This document shows positions 55,341-58,736 of a stretch of 58,736 bases of DNA, piece by piece. The stretch covers positions 1-58,736 of the forward strand of contig JBDTMC010000001.1 of assembly GCA_039934475.1 (NCBI GenBank), read 5' to 3'. Every line of letters starts with the position of its first letter. The first letter of the stretch is position 1. A program made the position numbers and the translations under genes. Source of the stretch: Bryobacteraceae bacterium (lineage in GTDB: Bacteria > Acidobacteriota > Terriglobia > Bryobacterales > Bryobacteraceae). The notes below the pieces were generated by a model. It was not told where the DNA came from, did not search any database, and saw only the letters and a program-made list of their open reading frames with translations.

Positions 55341-57488
55341 ATGCGGCATACATACGTTCTCTTTGCTTTCTCGCTGTGTATTCTTCCCTCTCACGCGGCC
55401 GCACCTCCCGCGATTCGCGACGGAATCCGAATCGCCGGGCCAGCAGTGGTCCGTGCCGCGGCATTCGATGGTAGTGGCAATCTTTATCTAGCCGGAACCA
55501 CGGATGGACTCAGCGGTTCTCCACATCGCACGGTCTTTGGACCGGCGCCAAGCGGACATGTCTTCGTAATGAAGATCGCACCCTCACGCCAGGAGATTCT
55601 CTACACAGCCGAGTTCGGAAGCTCTCAGTCCGACGATTTTGGCGCGTTCGCGGTGGATCCCTCAGGCGCGGCCTATCTCGCTGGATTCAGTGGCGCCAGC
55701 GATTTCCCCGTCACACCCGGTGCGTACCAAAGACATGCAGCCGCGGGCGGTCCTTTCATCCTGCAGTTAGACAATTCCGGCGCGAGGCTTGTCTATTCCA
55801 CGTTCTTGGATCAAAGCCCACACACACGCATCAACTCCCTTGCCTTGAACGCCGCCGGAAATGTCTACCTGGCGGGCGAGACAGACGGACTCACATACCC
55901 GACAACCTCCCAAGCCTACCAGCGCAGTGCCCCGGCGGACTGGTCGAACTACTACACGGTTGGGTTCGTTACGGAGCTTCAACTGGACGGCTCGGGACTG
56001 GTGTTCTCAACCTTGTTCGGCGGCACTAGTGGCCGCGACACGATCAGTTCGGTCACTGTGGCATTCGACGGCACCGTCAACATAGCCGGCGATGCCGATT
56101 CCAGGGACTTTCCAATAACCGAGGGATTCTCGTGGCAGGGACATAACGCCTTCCGCGCAAGACTCGATGCGACTGGGTCGCACTTACTCCAATCGTCACT
56201 CCTCGCGGGCACTACTCCCTTAGGAATGGTGAGCGACAGCGAGGGCAACCAGTGGATGGTTGAGAACGTCAACGGCGCGATCTTCGTGCTGAAATGGGAC
56301 GTGACGGGAGCACAGGTATTGGCCCAGGTGATCTCGCCGAGGGGGCGTGCGAACAGCATGACGATCCTTCCAAACGGCCACCTCGTAATCGGAGGAACGA
56401 CGGAGTTCCTCGATTTCCCTACCCGCGACGCGATTCTTCCCTGCATGGCGAACCTGCCGCACGATCCACTAGGAACGTTCGACAGCCAAGACGGAACGGG
56501 GTCGCAGGCCTTTGTGATGGAGATTGACGCCGCCGGGACAACCGTGTTCTCGACGCTCCTCGGTGGGCGCGCTTTCGGCGGTGGGAACAGTGTCATCGCC
56601 GTCACGGTAGACCCCAGGGGCGGCACTCTCATTACAGGAACGGCCTCCGACCCGTCATTTCCTGGCGGCGCCACGTTGGGAGCCATCGATATCGCAGGTT
56701 TCACCTTCGCCCTGCGACTCGACACGGCTCAGGCGACACGAGGCAATCCCGCGCCATCGTGCCTTGTAGACGGCGTATCGTTCCGTTCTGCTCCCTTGGC
56801 CCGAGGATCGTTTGCAACGCTGTTCGGCAGCAACCTCGGCCCCGCAGAAGGCATATCGTCCAACCTCACATCCGACGGTCGGGTACCGCTGGAACTTTCC
56901 GGGGTGCGAGTCTCGGTCGGTGGCATCGATGCACCCATTCTTTACGCTTCGGACGGCCAGATGAACTTCCTCGTGCCCCAAAGCGCCGGAGATTCGGGCC
57001 AGGTATGTGTTTCGAGGGGAGAGGCAACTAACTGCATTTTCACTTACCTTGCCGCATCCTCGCCGGGCATTTTCAAAATCTTCAGCCTTGGCGTGTATGC
57101 GATCCTGAACCAGAATGCGACGCTCAACACGCCGCAAAATCCAGCTTCCCGAGGTTCTTATATCAGCCTCTTTGGAGCGGGTTTTGGGCCCTTGGATAGA
57201 TCGGTCGCCGATGGTTCAATTACAGACTCGCGCTTGTCATATCTAACCCAGCCCATCCAGGCGATCTTCGATGACCCGCGGAGGGCTTGCAATGGCATCC
57301 ACGGCGGATGCCTGTTCCCTGAGAGGTACCAGGGCACCGTTTCGTTCGCGGGCGCGGCCCCACTCGCGGTCAACGGCCTCACGCAGATCAACGTAAAAGT
57401 GCCGGACATACCCGTGCCGGGAACCACGTTGCTGTCCTTGATTCTGGGCGACACTGGCGGCGCAGCCGTGACGATCTCCGTAAAGTAG
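55341..57488 (+). CDS. SBBP beta-propeller repeat protein with Solibacter C-terminal domain
   Basis: Repeated ..GNLYLAGTT../..DFPVTPGAYQ../..DFPIT.. units are SBBP-like. The C-terminus ..SPGIFK...SRGSYISLFGAGFGP...FAGAAPLAVNGLTQINVKVP is TIGR03437-like. Signal peptide present. Confidence 0.8.
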   Translation: MRHTYVLFAFSLCILPSHAAAPPAIRDGIRIAGPAVVRAAAFDGSGNLYLAGTTDGLSGSPHRTVFGPAPSGHVFVMKIAPSRQEILYTAEFGSSQSDDFGAFAVDPSGAAYLAGFSGASDFPVTPGAYQRHAAAGGPFILQLDNSGARLVYSTFLDQSPHTRINSLALNAAGNVYLAGETDGLTYPTTSQAYQRSAPADWSNYYTVGFVTELQLDGSGLVFSTLFGGTSGRDTISSVTVAFDGTVNIAGDADSRDFPITEGFSWQGHNAFRARLDATGSHLLQSSLLAGTTPLGMVSDSEGNQWMVENVNGAIFVLKWDVTGAQVLAQVISPRGRANSMTILPNGHLVIGGTTEFLDFPTRDAILPCMANLPHDPLGTFDSQDGTGSQAFVMEIDAAGTTVFSTLLGGRAFGGGNSVIAVTVDPRGGTLITGTASDPSFPGGATLGAIDIAGFTFALRLDTAQATRGNPAPSCLVDGVSFRSAPLARGSFATLFGSNLGPAEGISSNLTSDGRVPLELSGVRVSVGGIDAPILYASDGQMNFLVPQSAGDSGQVCVSRGEATNCIFTYLAASSPGIFKIFSLGVYAILNQNATLNTPQNPASRGSYISLFGAGFGPLDRSVADGSITDSRLSYLTQPIQAIFDDPRRACNGIHGGCLFPERYQGTVSFAGAAPLAVNGLTQINVKVPDIPVPGTTLLSLILGDTGGAAVTISVK

Positions 57489-57505
57489 GGGAGTCTCGCA
57501 ACCCC

Positions 57506-57867
57506 TCAAGGATTCCAGATAACATCAGCATCGAGAACATCGATGATCGCTTCGTGCCCAACGAACTCAGGATGGGATTCACAAGCCTCAAGCAGCACTC
57601 GTAGTAGCGCAGGTCCATATAGTTGGCAAGATCCCAGTCGAAAAAGTCGATCAGGGACGCCTGCAGTTGGGCGGCCGAAAAGTTCGCCTTCACGAGATCC
57701 CACATGCCCCCCGCCGTCGGTCCTGCCGCTTCCCGATTCACCATGAGTGTGGCAATCACACCTGGCGCTGGCTTCGGCACAATCTTGAAAGCCGGACCGA
57801 ACATTCTTGCCGGAGTCTCCCCCATCGGCTCCAATCGATCGGCGACCATCAAAGGTAGGTATTCCAA
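57506..57867 (-). pseudogene. small hypothetical protein, apparent frameshift
   Basis: As given, ORF 57388..57867 would overlap the convergent gene by 100 nt. A second frame (ORF 57506..57703) ends ...LLEACESHPEFVGHEAIIDVLDADVIWNP* 18 nt beyond the neighbour's stop. The frames can be joined around 57590-57620. Confidence 0.4.
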
Positions 57868-57940
57868 AGCTCTCTCAACGCCAGCCTGTACTGATGAACT
57901 AGTTCAGTCGCGTAGGTCATGATTTCAGTGGTTCCACAAA

Positions 57941-57969
57941 AGCGAAAGGCCGGAGCTTTCGCTCCGGCC
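57941..57969 (-). terminator. rho-independent terminator downstream of rpoC
   Basis: GGCCGGAGC (57948-57956), TTTC loop, GCTCCGGCC (57961-57969). On the minus strand it is followed by TTTCGCTTTTGTGG. Confidence 0.75.
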
Positions 57970-57997
57970 TCTTCCTCACTCACGCTGTAAAAGCGAC

Positions 57998-58736
57998 TTA
58001 CTCGGCTTCCACCAAAACATCTTCGCCGCCAAGATCCTCGCTCAGCCCGCCAGTATAAGTAATCCGGGCGTCTTCGTCGTAGCCAGGAATCCCTTCCAGA
58101 GCTTCCGGCTCCTGGATGACTTCCTCTTCCACGTCCTCGCCCGCAATCTTCACCCGGCGATAATACTCCATACCGGTGCCGGCCGGAATCAACCGGCCCA
58201 TGATCACGTTCTCCTTCAGACCGCGCAGGTAGTCCACCTTGCCGTTGATCGCGGCTTCGGTGAGTACACGCGTTGTCTCCTGGAACGACGCCGCCGAGAT
58301 AAACGAATCGGTCGACAGCGACGCCTTCGTGATGCCCAGCAGCACTGCCTTACCTTGGGCCGCGCGGCCCCCGGCTTCAATCACGCGATTGTTCTCTTCC
58401 CGGAACTTGAACTTATCAACCACTTCTTCCGGCAGGAACTCGGTGTCGCCGATCTCTTCGATCTTAACCCAGCGCATCATCTGTCGTGAGATGACTTCCA
58501 GGTGCTTATCGTTGATGTTCACGCCCTGCAGACGGTACACTTCCTGGATCTCGTTCACCAGGTACTTCTGCAGTTCCTTCTCGCCCAGCACGTGGAGAAT
58601 ATCGTGCGGGTTCACCGGGCCATCGGTAAACCGGTCGCCTGAACGAACACGCTCACCCTCCTGCACGTTGATATGCAAGTTACGAGGCAGAGCGTATTCC
58701 TTCTGCTGCCCGTCGTCGCCCATCACGTACATCTTG
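57998..58736 (-). CDS. rpoC: DNA-directed RNA polymerase beta' subunit, C-terminal part (gene continues beyond window)
   Basis: ..[56 protein letters not shown].. is the conserved RpoC C-terminus. The frame is open to the window end. Confidence 0.97.
   Translation of the reverse strand, partial: KMYVMGDDGQQKEYALPRNLHINVQEGERVRSGDRFTDGPVNPHDILHVLGEKELQKYLVNEIQEVYRLQGVNINDKHLEVISRQMMRWVKIEEIGDTEFLPEEVVDKFKFREENNRVIEAGGRAAQGKAVLLGITKASLSTDSFISAASFQETTRVLTEAAINGKVDYLRGLKENVIMGRLIPAGTGMEYYRRVKIAGEDVEEEVIQEPEALEGIPGYDEDARITYTGGLSEDLGGEDVLVEAE

Noticed and set aside
1-58736. Search for integrase, transposase, IS ends, CRISPR arrays, rRNA, and prophage structural genes.
   Set aside because: None of the six-frame translations showed recombinase (tyrosine, serine or DDE) motifs, and no spacer-repeat arrays or rRNA-like stretches were seen. 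This absence is by eye only.

Overview
High-GC bacterial chromosome segment. It is most likely Acidobacteriota, Bryobacterales/'Candidatus Solibacter'-like. This is inferred from family signatures I recognise in the translations: two proteins ending in the Solibacter C-terminal domain (TIGR03437-like), a PadR regulator plus ADOP duplicated FtsX permease pair, and a PSCyt/DUF1553 + DUF1501 pair. About 80% of the window is ordinary, intact chromosomal coding sequence: rpoC 3' end, mutS, anmK, glutamate dehydrogenase, HtrA protease, tricorn protease, glpF, a TetR-HlyD-ABC-ABC2-ABC2-TolC efflux operon, an RNB ribonuclease, tannase, NRAMP and a sulfite-oxidase-like enzyme. The accessory part is concentrated at 0.5-12.9 kb. 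It holds an esterase pseudogene and a PIN/HTH toxin-antitoxin pair with a broken antitoxin. It also holds a TIGR02391 (HEPN-type RNxxxH) protein followed by an unknown protein, and a frameshifted DUF4365-PLD nuclease fusion. A cytoplasmic lamin-tail-domain protein lies divergent from a tightly coupled three-gene operon: an ECF-like sigma factor, a very acidic small protein and an ImmA/IrrE-type HEIGH metalloprotease. I rank that operon as the best candidate for an undescribed system. No integrase, transposase, CRISPR array, rRNA or convincing tRNA was seen. Two window-wide patterns stand out. (1) Small accessory inserts are repeatedly bracketed by imperfect direct repeats of 18-170 bp, and at least one of these demonstrably duplicates the 3' end of the neighbouring core gene. 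(2) All reading-frame lesions sit in accessory genes, while about 45 kb of core ORFs are intact. A divergent SecY paralogue with an extra C-terminal soluble domain (52096-53430) is a second item worth follow-up. All homology statements come from my reading of the translations. No database search was run and identities are hand-aligned estimates.
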